NCBI GenBank assembly: GCA_038214755.1 | Contig: JBBQRQ010000027.1 | Coordinates: forward strand, 1 to 51,993 | DNA length: 51,993 nt | Origin: Verrucomicrobiota bacterium | GTDB taxonomy: Bacteria > Verrucomicrobiota > Verrucomicrobiia > Limisphaerales > CANJXF01 | Direction: 5' to 3' | Part shown: positions 28,469 through 37,824 of the stretch, piece after piece | Layout: each line of letters starts with the position of its first letter | Numbering within the stretch: the stretch's first letter is position 1 | The notes under the pieces: generated by a model | Database searches by the model: none | What the model was told of the DNA's origin: nothing | What the model saw: the letters and a program-made list of their open reading frames with translations, nothing else | Position numbers and translations under genes: made by a program

Positions 28469-28665
28469 GGCGCAAGTCCTTTTTCTTGAGCGGCCCAGCC
28501 TTGCTTCATCAAGCCGAGCAAATGCGACATCGCTTCTTCGTAACTTTTATTTTTTTGCGCGGCCAATTGAGTTGCGCGTTTGTCCAATTGCGCGGCCATC
28601 TCCAAAGATTTTTCCGCCGGGCAACCGAGCGTGACGAGGACCGGGGCGAGTTCGGCAGTGGTCAT
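28465..28665 (-). CDS. Hypothetical small protein coupled to the NUDIX gene
   Basis: ATGA overlap with the NUDIX start; helical 66-aa ORF. Confidence 0.7.
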   Translation of the reverse strand: MTTAELAPVLVTLGCPAEKSLEMAAQLDKRATQLAAQKNKSYEEAMSHLLGLMKQGWAAQEKGLAP

Positions 28666-28732
28666 CGGAATACAAAACCACCGAGCCATCGCGCGGCCAG
28701 GCCGCAACCAAAGGAGCGGAAGGCGCGACGTA

Positions 28733-28859
28733 TTGGGAGTGCGGGGACATGTCCCCGCTTTGGCTGCACGGTGGAAAAAAAGAGTGGCTCAATAAGTTCG
28801 AGAGCTTCCTCTGTCCGCGAGGCGCGCAGGAAAAGCGGCGTCATGCCGCCGCACTCCAA
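28733..28859. repeat. REP-like doublet of the GGAGTGCG...CGCACTCCAA family
   Basis: GGAGTGCGGGGACATGTCCCCGCTTT / AAAGCGGCGTCATGCCGCCGCACTCC. Confidence 0.75.
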
Positions 28860-28950
28860 GGAACGTTGCGAGGTATTTGGAGTAGGGCGAATGTCGTCAC
28901 TTTGACCACCTGAGAAAATCTTCTCAGAAAGGATCGATGTCATGAGGTAG

Positions 28951-29016
28951 AACCGTAGAGGCACAGAGTGGAAATCGGACGTTTGTATTTCTCTGCGCCT
29001 CTGTGCCTCTGCGGTT
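28951..29016. repeat. 9-mer-unit inverted repeat (AACCGTAGAGGCACAGAG / CTCTGTGCCTCTGCGGTT)
   Basis: Same family as 21567-21651. Confidence 0.7.
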
Positions 29017-29022
29017 AAAAAA

Positions 29023-29712
29023 TTATTTCACCGAATCTCGAGCAACAATTTTGATGCTCTCGACGCCGACGCGTTTATCGGGACGATCGGGCGGATGCGT
29101 CGCGGTGGTCGCGATTTTTTCCAGAACATCATCGCCTTTGATCAACTTGCCGAACGTCGTGTATTTCCCATTGAGAGAAGCCGGGTCGCCGTGGCAAATG
29201 AAAAACTGGCTGCCGGCGGAATCGGGATCGTTCGAGCGCGCCATCGACAGCACGCCGCGTTTATGGGAGCGGTCGTTGAACTCGGCCTTGATTTTGTAAC
29301 CCGGATCGCCCGTGCCCCAACGCGCTTCGTCCTTCGCATTTTTCGTCAGCGGATCGCCGCCCTGAATCATGAATCCTTTGATGACGCGGTGAAAAGCGGT
29401 GCCGTCGTAAAATCCTTCGCGCGCCAGTTTTTTAAAATTTTTCACCGTCTCGGGCGCGACGTCCGGCCAGAATTCCGCGACCATTTCGCCTTCGGTGGTT
29501 TTGATCACAGCCACTTCATTGGTTTCATTATTCACAGTTTTGTTTTCTCCTTTGGTTTCGTTTTTTGCGGGATCAGTTCTATTAGATTTATCGTCGGCCA
29601 CTTTGCCGGGCGCGGCAGTATTGGCCTTGGGCGGGGCAGCGAAAGTTCGATTCGCGCCGAGGTGCAGGCACAGAGACAAGCCGAGAAAAGTAGAGAGCAA
29701 TTTCAATTTCAT
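29023..29712 (-). CDS. Periplasmic cyclophilin-type peptidyl-prolyl isomerase
   Basis: FYDGTAFHRVIKGFMIQGGDP, LSMAR, SAGSQFFI; signal peptide. Confidence 0.93.
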   Translation of the reverse strand: MKLKLLSTFLGLSLCLHLGANRTFAAPPKANTAAPGKVADDKSNRTDPAKNETKGENKTVNNETNEVAVIKTTEGEMVAEFWPDVAPETVKNFKKLAREGFYDGTAFHRVIKGFMIQGGDPLTKNAKDEARWGTGDPGYKIKAEFNDRSHKRGVLSMARSNDPDSAGSQFFICHGDPASLNGKYTTFGKLIKGDDVLEKIATTATHPPDRPDKRVGVESIKIVARDSVK

Positions 29713-29776
29713 ACTTCGGAGATTTGCCACGAACGGTCGGGAAAGTCACGAAACAATTCTGTTACGACGACTTGCA

Positions 29777-29998
29777 GGGCGCATCTCAGTTTCTTGCAAC
29801 TCGAATGACTCCTCTCATTAGCACCCGCGCTTCAGCCGGGTGAATTGGAACAGAGGGCGACCCGCAACCGCTTGAGCGGTTTCCCACTTGGGGCAAACCG
29901 CTCAAGCGGTTGAACTGGCCTCGCGACCTTGACACCCGGCTGAAGCGCGGGTGCTAATGAGATTCCGAGCAAACATTTCAAAAGACTGAGATGCGCTC
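29777..29998. mobile_element. MITE-like element (GGGCGCATCTCAGT TIRs) enclosing a long perfect palindrome
   Basis: TIRs GGGCGCATCTCAGT / ACTGAGATGCGCTC; inner arms CTCATTAGCACCCGCGCTTCAGCCGGGTG and AACCGCTTGAGCGGTTT; degenerate flanks CGACTTGCA / CGACTCGTC. Confidence 0.75.
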
Positions 29999-30101
29999 CG
30001 ACTCGTCGCGTACGCGTCTTTGCGCGCAGGTGACGAGGGTTTCAGCTTCGTTTCGCGGCAGGATGCCTCGGAACCTCCAGACTGGAAGCCTGCGCTACGT
30101 C

Positions 30102-30521
30102 CTACGACGGTGCGCGCAGGTAAGGCCGTAGTCGTTCCCGTAAAATTTCCGGAATGCGCTTCGGCTTTTCGCCAAGGTCGGCGCAGACGTGGAATGTTTC
30201 GGCTTCGAGCAACAATTTTTTGTCCTGTTTGAGGATGCGATAAACGAAATTGAGCCGCACCCCCTGCAATCGCGTGAGCCAGACTTCGATGGCGAGCAAG
30301 TCATCGTAACGCGCGGGCGATTTGTAACTCAGATGCGCTTCGACGACGGGAAAAATCGTGTTCTCATTTTGCCATTTCGAAAATGGAATTCCGAGTTCGC
30401 GAAAAAATTCTCCGCGCGTCGCTTCGAGCAAATCCAAATAGCGCGCGTAATAAATGTGATTGCCGGCGGTGCATTCGGCGTAGGTGACGCGATGCGTGTG
30501 CTGGAAAACTTTCTCGGACAT
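30102..30521 (-). CDS. Acyl-CoA thioesterase (YbgC/FadM hot-dog family)
   Basis: RVTYAECTAGNHIYYARYL...YKSPARYDD. Confidence 0.88.
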   Translation of the reverse strand: MSEKVFQHTHRVTYAECTAGNHIYYARYLDLLEATRGEFFRELGIPFSKWQNENTIFPVVEAHLSYKSPARYDDLLAIEVWLTRLQGVRLNFVYRILKQDKKLLLEAETFHVCADLGEKPKRIPEILRERLRPYLRAPS

Positions 30522-30666
30522 GGGCCGATTTCAATTGTCGGGAAAACACTTGTCGAGTTTCGTTTTTCTGTATCAGCGCGAATCTCTGCTATTCCCGGTT
30601 CTGATTCACAAGTGGACAAAAAAAACTCAGATTAGTAACTTCGGCGAAGGACCGCCAAAGCCGCTT

Positions 30667-31032
30667 ATGCTAAAAGGGAGGATAAATGCACCGACAGCAG
30701 TATTATGGTTTTCCGTTTTCGCGCTCATGTCATTAGCAGTAATGCCCGCGAGCGACACGAACTTTACGAGCGCAAATTTAGTCGGATCAATTGCCTTTCC
30801 GTTAGTAATCAGCGGCTGGGTTTTCGCTGATGCTCACCAACGAGGAAAAGAACTTTGTTATGATTACGACAGCTTCGTTTTCTTCGCTTGGCCGGTCATT
30901 GTTCCCATCTATTTATTCCAAACCCGCGGGGTTCGTGCGTTCATAACATTCTTCTGCTTCGTCGGTATCTGCGTCCTCGGGATTCTGTTTGGGTTTGCTC
31001 TGTCTTTTATCCGAGACTTGGTTTCTCAATAA
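30667..31032 (+). CDS. Hypothetical membrane protein
   Basis: Four hydrophobic segments; 'FFAWPVIVPIYLFQTRG'; lower GC than neighbours. Confidence 0.65.
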   Translation: MLKGRINAPTAVLWFSVFALMSLAVMPASDTNFTSANLVGSIAFPLVISGWVFADAHQRGKELCYDYDSFVFFAWPVIVPIYLFQTRGVRAFITFFCFVGICVLGILFGFALSFIRDLVSQ

Positions 31033-31135
31033 TTCGCGAGGACAAGTTTGCCGCTGAATTTTACGAACGAAGGGGCTCAAGGCAGTTTTCACAACATCTG
31101 GTTGCGCCCTAAAACTTTCGGCGTATCTTGGGCGC

Positions 31136-31342
31136 ATGGACTGGCAGGAAATTATCGCGTTGAGCATCGTTGCTGCGACGGCTTTGGTATTCGCTTTCCA
31201 AAAATTTCGCCGGAAAAAATTCAGCTTCCAGCGCGACACTCATTGCGGATGTTCCAGCGCCAGCCCATCGGTCGCCAGAGCGTCGATCATTTTTCACGCG
31301 CGCAAAGGTGAGCGTGGAGAGATCATCATGAAGATGAGGTAA
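31136..31342 (+). CDS. Small Cys-containing membrane protein (FeoB-associated Cys-rich-like)
   Basis: MDWQEIIALSIV TM helix followed by a basic stretch and HCGC. Confidence 0.6.
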   Translation: MDWQEIIALSIVAATALVFAFQKFRRKKFSFQRDTHCGCSSASPSVARASIIFHARKGERGEIIMKMR

Positions 31343-31379
31343 ACTTGCGTTCGCCCAATGACTAATCTATTTTCCCAAC

Positions 31380-31790
31380 ATGCCCATGTGCAAAGTTAGT
31401 TCCACCCTCCATTTTTCAAAACGTTCGCATTCCACCAGCAAAGAGGCGGAGACGCATTGGGTCCCCAACACCGACGTTTATGTGATGGACGGCGGCGTGG
31501 TCATCAAAGTGGAATTGGCCGGGATGCGCCGCGAAGATTTGGAACTGACCGTCGAGGGCAATCGGCTCAAAATCCGAGGACAACGGCCCGATGGCTGCCG
31601 CGCGCCGAATTGCAAATTTCTGGTGATGGAAATAAATTACGGCGCGTTCGAGAGCGTGATTGAATTGCCATCCGGTTACAATTTAAGCGAAGCCAGGGCC
31701 GCGTATCAAAATGGATTTCTGCGAATCGATGTTCCCGTGGCCGCTCATTCCATTCCTCGAAGGTTATCCGTTACAAATATTGGGGCGTAA
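31380..31790 (+). CDS. Small heat shock protein Hsp20
   Basis: WVPNTDVY, VELAGM, EINYGAFE, AAYQNGFLRI. Confidence 0.92.
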   Translation: MPMCKVSSTLHFSKRSHSTSKEAETHWVPNTDVYVMDGGVVIKVELAGMRREDLELTVEGNRLKIRGQRPDGCRAPNCKFLVMEINYGAFESVIELPSGYNLSEARAAYQNGFLRIDVPVAAHSIPRRLSVTNIGA

Positions 31791-31839
31791 ATATTCGTAA
31801 CATTTCAGGGGCGATGGCATCTAATGGTAGAAAGGAAAC

Positions 31840-34239
31840 ATGACCCCGCCCGACCCTCAATTGATCGACATCCTCGGCTCCTCCGGCAGCGCCGATCCTT
31901 CCGGCACAAAAATCTGGTCCAAATCTTTGCCGGAAAATCTCCCGATCCTTGGTCTTTCGGACATCGTCATTTTTCCTGGTATGGTTGCGCCGCTGCTGGT
32001 CGAGACCACGCAGAGCATCCGGCTGATTGACGATGTGGTGGCGGGGGATCGTTTTCTTGGACTGGTTCTGCAAAAAAATCCCAATGTCGATAATCCCGTT
32101 CCGCAGGATTTATGGACGCATGGTTGCGCGGCGCGGGTGTTGAAGATGTTGAAATTTCCCGACAACACGGTGCGCGTTTTGGTGGAAGGTTTGCGCCGGT
32201 TCAAAATTGTTGAATTCACTTCGACCGATCCCTATCTCATCGCGAAAATTGAAAAGATAAATGACATCGCGGAAGACTCCGTCGAAATCACCGCCTTGAG
32301 CCGAAACGTGGAAAGGCAATTTGAAGAAATCATCAAACTTTCCCCGACTCTCTCCGAACAGGTCAAAGTGGCCGCGCTCAACACTCAGGACCCAGGAAAA
32401 CTGGCCGATCTTGTCGCCGGAAATTTGAATCTCACTCTCGACGAACGCCAGCATTTGCTCGAGACCGCCACGGTTAAGGAACGGCTGACAAAATTGTTGC
32501 CTCTGCTCAATCGCGAATTGGAAGTGCTGACTCTCGGCTCCAAAATTCAAAATGAAGTCATCAGTTCGATGTCCAAGACGCAGCGCGATTTCTTTTTGCG
32601 CGAACAGATCCGCGCCATTCAACGCGAATTAGGCGAGGCCGATTCCGCTGGCAGCGAAGCCGTCTCGCTCCGCGAACAGATCGAAAAAAATCAACTGCCC
32701 GAAGAAGTCAAAACGGTTGCCCTGAAAGAACTGGAACGGCTGCAACAAATGTCGCCCGCCGTCGCCGAATACACGATGACGCGCAACTATCTCGATTGGC
32801 TGATCAATTTGCCGTGGACAAAATTCACCGAGGACAAAATCGATCTCGACGCCGCCGCGCGCATTTTGGACGAACAACATTTTGGGCTGAAAAAAGTCAA
32901 AGATCGTTTGCTGGAATTTCTCGCGGTCATCAAACTCAAGCAACAATTGAAGGGGCCGATTCTTTGTCTGGTCGGCCCGCCCGGCGTGGGAAAAACTTCG
33001 CTCGGAAAAAGTGTGGCGGACGCGCTGGGCCGAAAGTTCGCGCGCATTTCTCTCGGCGGCATGCGCGATGAAGCGGAAATTCGCGGGCATCGCCGCACCT
33101 ATGTCGGAGCGTTGCCTGGAAGAATTATTCAAACCTTGCGCCGGATGGAGAGTCGCAATCCGGTCATTCTCCTCGATGAAATTGACAAAGTCGGCTCGGA
33201 CTTTCGCGGCGATCCTGCCTCGGCGCTCCTCGAAGTTCTCGATCCCGCGCAAAATTCCACGTTCACCGATCATTATTTGGATTTGCCGTTCGATCTCTCC
33301 CGGGTCCTGTTCATCACGACAGCAAACTGGCTCGACCCGATTCATCCCGCGTTGCGTGATCGGCTCGAAGTGATCGAATTGCCCAGCTACACGGCGGCGG
33401 AAAAATTGCAAATTGCAAAACGCCATTTAGTGCCGCGACAACTCGAAGAGCATGGGCTGAAAAAGAAATTGGTTCGCTTTCCCGACGCGACTTTGCGCCG
33501 TTTGATTCAGGACTACACACGTGAAGCGGGCGTGCGCCAACTCGAGCGCGAAATTGCTTCGCTCACTCGCAAAGCCGCCCGACAAATCGTGACCAAAAAA
33601 AATCCAACGGAGCCGGTGACCATTCTGCCGAAAGATTTATCCGACCTGTTGGGGCCGGCGAAATTTATTTCCGAAGAAGCCGAGCGCATCACTGAGTATG
33701 GCATCGCCATCGGGCTGGCCTGGACGCCGGTTGGCGGGGAAATTCTTTTCATCGAAGCGACGCGGATGCCGGGGAAAGGGAATTTGATTTTGACCGGCTC
33801 GCTCGGCGATGTGATGAAAGAAAGCGCGCAAACCGCTTTGAGTTTTCTCCGCAGTCAGGCGGCGCATTTGAAAATTGATCTGACCGATTTCGACAAGCGC
33901 GACATTCACATCCACGTTCCCGCTGGCGCAACTCCCAAAGACGGGCCGAGCGCGGGTCTCACCATTGTGGCTGCGCTGGCCTCGTTGCTCATGCGGCGCA
34001 AGGTCCGCTCCGATCTGGCCATGACTGGGGAAATCAGTTTGCGCGGGCGCGTGCTTCGCGTCGGCGGCATCAAAGAAAAAGTTCTGGCGGCGGCGCGTTC
34101 CGGGCTGAAACAAATTATTCTGCCCGAACAAAATAAAAACGATTGGTTGGAAGTTCCCATCGAAGTGCGGAGCAAAATGAAAGTCGATTTCGTGAAACAC
34201 ATTTCGCAACTGATTCCATTAGCCCTGCGCCCCGCATGA
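31840..34239 (+). CDS. lon: Lon protease
   Basis: GPPGVGKTS, LLDEIDK, PKDGPSAG, AMTGEI, GGIKEK motifs. Confidence 0.97.
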   Translation: MTPPDPQLIDILGSSGSADPSGTKIWSKSLPENLPILGLSDIVIFPGMVAPLLVETTQSIRLIDDVVAGDRFLGLVLQKNPNVDNPVPQDLWTHGCAARVLKMLKFPDNTVRVLVEGLRRFKIVEFTSTDPYLIAKIEKINDIAEDSVEITALSRNVERQFEEIIKLSPTLSEQVKVAALNTQDPGKLADLVAGNLNLTLDERQHLLETATVKERLTKLLPLLNRELEVLTLGSKIQNEVISSMSKTQRDFFLREQIRAIQRELGEADSAGSEAVSLREQIEKNQLPEEVKTVALKELERLQQMSPAVAEYTMTRNYLDWLINLPWTKFTEDKIDLDAAARILDEQHFGLKKVKDRLLEFLAVIKLKQQLKGPILCLVGPPGVGKTSLGKSVADALGRKFARISLGGMRDEAEIRGHRRTYVGALPGRIIQTLRRMESRNPVILLDEIDKVGSDFRGDPASALLEVLDPAQNSTFTDHYLDLPFDLSRVLFITTANWLDPIHPALRDRLEVIELPSYTAAEKLQIAKRHLVPRQLEEHGLKKKLVRFPDATLRRLIQDYTREAGVRQLEREIASLTRKAARQIVTKKNPTEPVTILPKDLSDLLGPAKFISEEAERITEYGIAIGLAWTPVGGEILFIEATRMPGKGNLILTGSLGDVMKESAQTALSFLRSQAAHLKIDLTDFDKRDIHIHVPAGATPKDGPSAGLTIVAALASLLMRRKVRSDLAMTGEISLRGRVLRVGGIKEKVLAAARSGLKQIILPEQNKNDWLEVPIEVRSKMKVDFVKHISQLIPLALRPA

Positions 34240-35225
34240 TTCGCCGCAAGATTTTTCAACCACGGATGGACGCGGATGGACACGGATCAAATTTGAAATC
34301 CGAAATCCGAATTCTCGAAATCCGAAAGAAGACCGAAATCCGAATACCGAAAACGACTTCTCACCCGCGCACAGAAATGTATCGCGCTAAACACCGAGTT
34401 CCGCGTCGCTTCTGGCCTTCGGGCTTCGGATTTCTTTCGGATTTCGGATTTCGGATTTCGGATTTTGAGTTGAATCCGTGTTCATCCCCATTCATCCGTG
34501 GTTGTTTTTTCTTTGTGCTTTTCGTTGGTCAGATTTTCGGCCAACCACCGGAAGCCGAGCCGCAAACCGGCGAGGCCATTGCCCAGGAATTGCGGACGAT
34601 GCGCCCCGAAGAGAACACGGAAATTTCCGGCGTCTTGAAAATTCGCTCGCCCAATCGCCGTGAGGATATTCCAGTTGTTTTCAATGTTATCGCAGACAAA
34701 AATTCCTGGTGCGTCATTTACGAAACCCGTCCCACGACCAACCGTCCCGCCGAAAAATTGGTTGTCATCCATTCGCTCACTTGCCCGAATAAATATTTGT
34801 ATGCCCGCGCGCCAACGCCCTCCGCTGCTTTGTCCGAACCGAAACCGCTAGCGTCGAGCGAAGCCGCCATCCCCTTTGCCGGCTCGGATTTTTGGCTGAA
34901 CGAACTAGGTTTTGATTTTCTCGATTGGCCCGAGCAAAACAAACTCAAGGGAGAAATGAAACTCGGCCGGCCCTGCTACGTGTTGGAAAGCCACAACCCC
35001 CGCGCTCTAAAAGTTGTTCGGGTCAAATCATGGATCGATAAAGAAACCGGCGGCGTGCTGGTGGCCAACGCTTTTGATCGTGACAATAAACTGGTCAAAG
35101 AATTTTCGTTAGGCGGAAGCAGCTTCAAAAAAATCAAGGGCCATTGGCAATTGAAAAAAATGAGAATCAGTTCGCCCAAAAATAAATCCGAAACAGTGTT
35201 GGAGTTCGATTTGCCGAAAGACTAA
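34236..35225 (+). CDS. Outer-membrane lipoprotein-sorting (LolA-like) protein with an in-frame repeat insertion near its N-terminus
   Basis: ATGA overlap with the lon stop; FAGSDF, GRPCYVLES, SWIDKE, KKIKGHWQL motifs. Confidence 0.7.
   Translation: MIRRKIFQPRMDADGHGSNLKSEIRILEIRKKTEIRIPKTTSHPRTEMYRAKHRVPRRFWPSGFGFLSDFGFRISDFELNPCSSPFIRGCFFFVLFVGQIFGQPPEAEPQTGEAIAQELRTMRPEENTEISGVLKIRSPNRREDIPVVFNVIADKNSWCVIYETRPTTNRPAEKLVVIHSLTCPNKYLYARAPTPSAALSEPKPLASSEAAIPFAGSDFWLNELGFDFLDWPEQNKLKGEMKLGRPCYVLESHNPRALKVVRVKSWIDKETGGVLVANAFDRDNKLVKEFSLGGSSFKKIKGHWQLKKMRISSPKNKSETVLEFDLPKD
34258..34503. repeat. Nested inverted repeat: CACGGATGGA-type outer arms around AAATCCG/CGGATTT heptamer arrays
   Basis: AACCACGGATGGACGCGGATGGACACGGAT / ATCCGTGTTCATCCCCATTCATCCGTGGTT; inner GAAATCCGAAATCCG... 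/ ...CGGATTTCGGATTTCGGATTT. Confidence 0.85.
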
Positions 35226-35227
35226 CG

Positions 35228-35314
35228 GGGTAGCATCTGCCTCCGGAGAGTGCGAAAAACCAATTCGTTGTTGGGCATTCGAAATAAAAGATCTCTTCGC
35301 ACCCGCCGGAGGTC
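35228..35314. repeat. GTAG REP-like element family C (right arm truncated)
   Basis: GGGTAGCATCTGCCTCCGGAGAGTGCGAA / TTCGCACCCGCCGGAGG. Confidence 0.7.
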
Positions 35315-35452
35315 TTGTCATTACCCCACCGGTGATCGCGTTTCTCCCCAGGTAATTCATTGCTCGCAACGTTGGGTTTCAATGATGGAATCCAGATGGG
35401 GTTCATGAACGCCGCAGTTGCTCCGAGTCTCCGCCAATGATACGCTGCCGCC

Positions 35453-35677
35453 ATGAAAAATAACCTGCCGGTCTGGAGCGACCCCGAGCGTCTGGGCGGA
35501 CGGGTCTGCTTCAGTGGGACGCGGGTGCCAGTGGATGCGCTATTTGATAACCTTGAGGCCGGTCTGAGCCTTGATGAATTCCTGGAAGAGTTTGAAGGCG
35601 TCACGCGCGCGCAGGCAGTAGCGGTGCTGGAGTTCGCTCGTCGCTCAGTGCCGTCCGACGAGCCGACACCGGCATGA
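35453..35677 (+). CDS. DUF433 family antitoxin
   Basis: SDPERLGGRVCFSGTRVPV...LDEFLEEF...VTRAQA. Confidence 0.9.
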   Translation: MKNNLPVWSDPERLGGRVCFSGTRVPVDALFDNLEAGLSLDEFLEEFEGVTRAQAVAVLEFARRSVPSDEPTPA

Positions 35678-36108
35678 AGCGCGTGCTGCTCGACCATTGC
35701 GTGCCGCGCCGGACCCGGCAAGCGCTGGCGGGTTGTGAGGTGGCCACGGCTTATCAGCGCGGCTGGAGCGAACTCAAGAACGGTGCCTTGCTCGAAACTG
35801 CTGAACGCGACGCTTTCGACGTGCTGGTCACAGCGGACAAAAACCTCCGGTATCAACAACGCCTCGCCCATCGGCGCATCGCCATCGTGGAATTGCCGAC
35901 TAACTCCCTCTTGGATCTTTTACCCCATTTCACCGCCATCGCTGGGGCCGTAAACCGCGCCCAGCCCGGCGACTATCTGGAGCTTTCCTTCGCGCCTCAA
36001 CCGGAACTATTCAGTGAAGAGAAACGCCCGACCTCACCCCGGCCCTCTCCTCCGAGGAGAGGGAGAATATTATTCAGCGCTGGAAAATATTCACCGTTTA
36101 ATGCCTGA
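35674..36108 (+). CDS. DUF5615/PIN-like toxin; C-terminus extended into a MITE
   Basis: VLLDHCVP, KNGALL, VLVTADKNL; ATGA coupling to the DUF433 gene. Confidence 0.85.
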   Translation: MKRVLLDHCVPRRTRQALAGCEVATAYQRGWSELKNGALLETAERDAFDVLVTADKNLRYQQRLAHRRIAIVELPTNSLLDLLPHFTAIAGAVNRAQPGDYLELSFAPQPELFSEEKRPTSPRPSPPRRGRILFSAGKYSPFNA

Positions 36109-36195
36109 TTGCGGACCCTGCTGGCAGGTTCCCTCTCCTCGGGGGAGAGGGTTAGGGTGAGGGCGAGCAATCTGTCCAACTGAATCGTTCCGGCT
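35999..36195. mobile_element. MITE-like element (CCGGAAC-ATTCAGT TIRs) enclosing a CCTCACCCC...CCCTCTCC palindrome
   Basis: TIRs AACCGGAACTATTCAGT / ACTGAATCGTTCCGGCT; inner arms 36032-36066 and 36130-36163. Confidence 0.75.
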
Positions 36196-36333
36196 TAAGC
36201 AGGAGGATGTTGCCTCCAATCTCGACGGGATGGCAGCGTCCTGCCCAAGGTTGCGAGGCACGAGCGGCCGGAGGCAAATGCTACCCGATGGCGCGCCCTT
36301 GCTTGCCCATCAAAAATGTCCTAACGTTTTTTT

Positions 36334-37734
36334 ATGAAACGTTGGTTGGTTTTTCTTCTCTGCCTCACTGGATTTTTTCCAAACCTTTCGCGGGGTTCGG
36401 AAATGATTTTGCCCAAAAAAGTTTACGTCATTCCCATTCGCGAAAACATCGAGCCGCCGCTGGTTTATCTCGTGCGACGCGGCGTGAAAGAAGCGATGAC
36501 TGCCAAAGCGGATGTTCTCATCATCGACATGGAGACCAATGGCGGACGGGTTGATGTCACCGAGGAGATCATCGAAATTCTCAACCAGTTCAAAGGCGAC
36601 ACCGTGACGTATGTGAATCGAAAAGCGTTTTCTGCCGGCGCATTTATTTCTTTTGCCACGAAAAAAATTTACATGGCCCCACAGAGCGTCATCGGCGCCG
36701 CTGCGCCCATCATGCTTTCTCCCGGTGGCGGCGGTGTGGAAGCGATGCCGGACACGGTTGAAGCGAAAATGAGTTCGGCCATCAGCGCGCTCGTTCGGGC
36801 CAACGCGGAAAAAAACGGGCACAATGTGGAAGTCGCCGACGCGATGGTCAAAAAAACCAAGGAGCTAAAAATCGACGGAAAAATTTTAAATGAAAAAGGA
36901 CAAATTCTCACGCTCACCGACCAGGAGGCGCGACAAGATTACGGTGATCCGCCGAAACCGCTGCTCTCGGCGGGAACGATTGAATCATTTGACGCTTTGC
37001 TAAAAAAATTAAATCTCCAGGATGCGAAGGTCACCAGAATTTCTCCGACCGGCGTCGAGCAGCTCGCCTTTTGGATCAACGCGATCGCTCCGCTTCTGCT
37101 GATTGCCGGTGTGATCGGATTCTATATCGAATTCAAAACGCCCGGCTTCGGTCTGCCGGGGATCGTCGGGATCATCGCGTTTGCCATTTATTTTTTGGGC
37201 GGTTACATCGCGGCGTTGTCGGGAGCGGAATGGATCGCGGTCTTCATCATCGGAGTGGCGTTGCTGGCGTCGGAATTATTCGTGCATCCTGGAACCATTT
37301 TGCCCGGACTCATCGGCGCAACATTGGTTTTAGTTTCCCTGATCATGGCGACGGTCGATATTTATCCCGGCGCGCCGAGAATTCCGACCATGCCGCAATT
37401 GCGCGCGCCGATGCAGGAGGTCGGGGTCGCGCTGGTGATCTCGATCATCCTAGTCGTTTTGTTGATCCGATTTTTTCCGAAGACGCCGCTTTTTGGCGCT
37501 CTGGTTTCGCAGACGGCGAGTGGCGTTGGAGCCGATGTTCGACTTCAACAAAAACAAATTTCGCGCGAAGGCCAGATTGGCGTGGCGATTTCTTCGTTAC
37601 GGCCCGGCGGCAAGGCGCAATTCGGCGAAGAAATCATCGACGTGATGACGCAAGGCGACATGATTGCGAAAGGGCAAAAAGTAAAAATCATCGGCAACAG
37701 CGGAACAGAAGCGATTGTGGAAACGGTCGCGTGA
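36334..37734 (+). CDS. nfeD: NfeD family membrane-bound serine protease (long form)
   Basis: TNGG, AFSAGAFI, IGAAAP, EFKTPGFG, SSLRPGGKA motifs. Confidence 0.9.
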   Translation: MKRWLVFLLCLTGFFPNLSRGSEMILPKKVYVIPIRENIEPPLVYLVRRGVKEAMTAKADVLIIDMETNGGRVDVTEEIIEILNQFKGDTVTYVNRKAFSAGAFISFATKKIYMAPQSVIGAAAPIMLSPGGGGVEAMPDTVEAKMSSAISALVRANAEKNGHNVEVADAMVKKTKELKIDGKILNEKGQILTLTDQEARQDYGDPPKPLLSAGTIESFDALLKKLNLQDAKVTRISPTGVEQLAFWINAIAPLLLIAGVIGFYIEFKTPGFGLPGIVGIIAFAIYFLGGYIAALSGAEWIAVFIIGVALLASELFVHPGTILPGLIGATLVLVSLIMATVDIYPGAPRIPTMPQLRAPMQEVGVALVISIILVVLLIRFFPKTPLFGALVSQTASGVGADVRLQQKQISREGQIGVAISSLRPGGKAQFGEEIIDVMTQGDMIAKGQKVKIIGNSGTEAIVETVA

Positions 37735-37737
37735 CTC

Positions 37738-37819
37738 GTAGCCGCCAACGTGAGGAGGCGGATTTTCCACGAAGCAAAAAATAGAAATCATTAATCCGCC
37801 TCCTCACGTGGGCGGCTAC
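37738..37819. repeat. GTAG REP-like doublet family A
   Basis: GTAGCCGCCAACGTGAGGAGGCGGATT / AATCCGCCTCCTCACGTGGGCGGCTAC. Confidence 0.85.
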
Positions 37820-37824
37820 AACTT

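Noticed and set aside
30011..30121. 11-bp direct repeat TGCGCGCAGGT around a REP half, suggesting a second duplicated gene tail (thioesterase)
   Set aside because: Too short, and the putative remnant is not in one reading frame; it could be chance.
34258..34503. Short repeated units as a CRISPR array
   Set aside because: Units are 7-10 bp, arranged as inverted arrays without unique spacers, and no cas genes are present.
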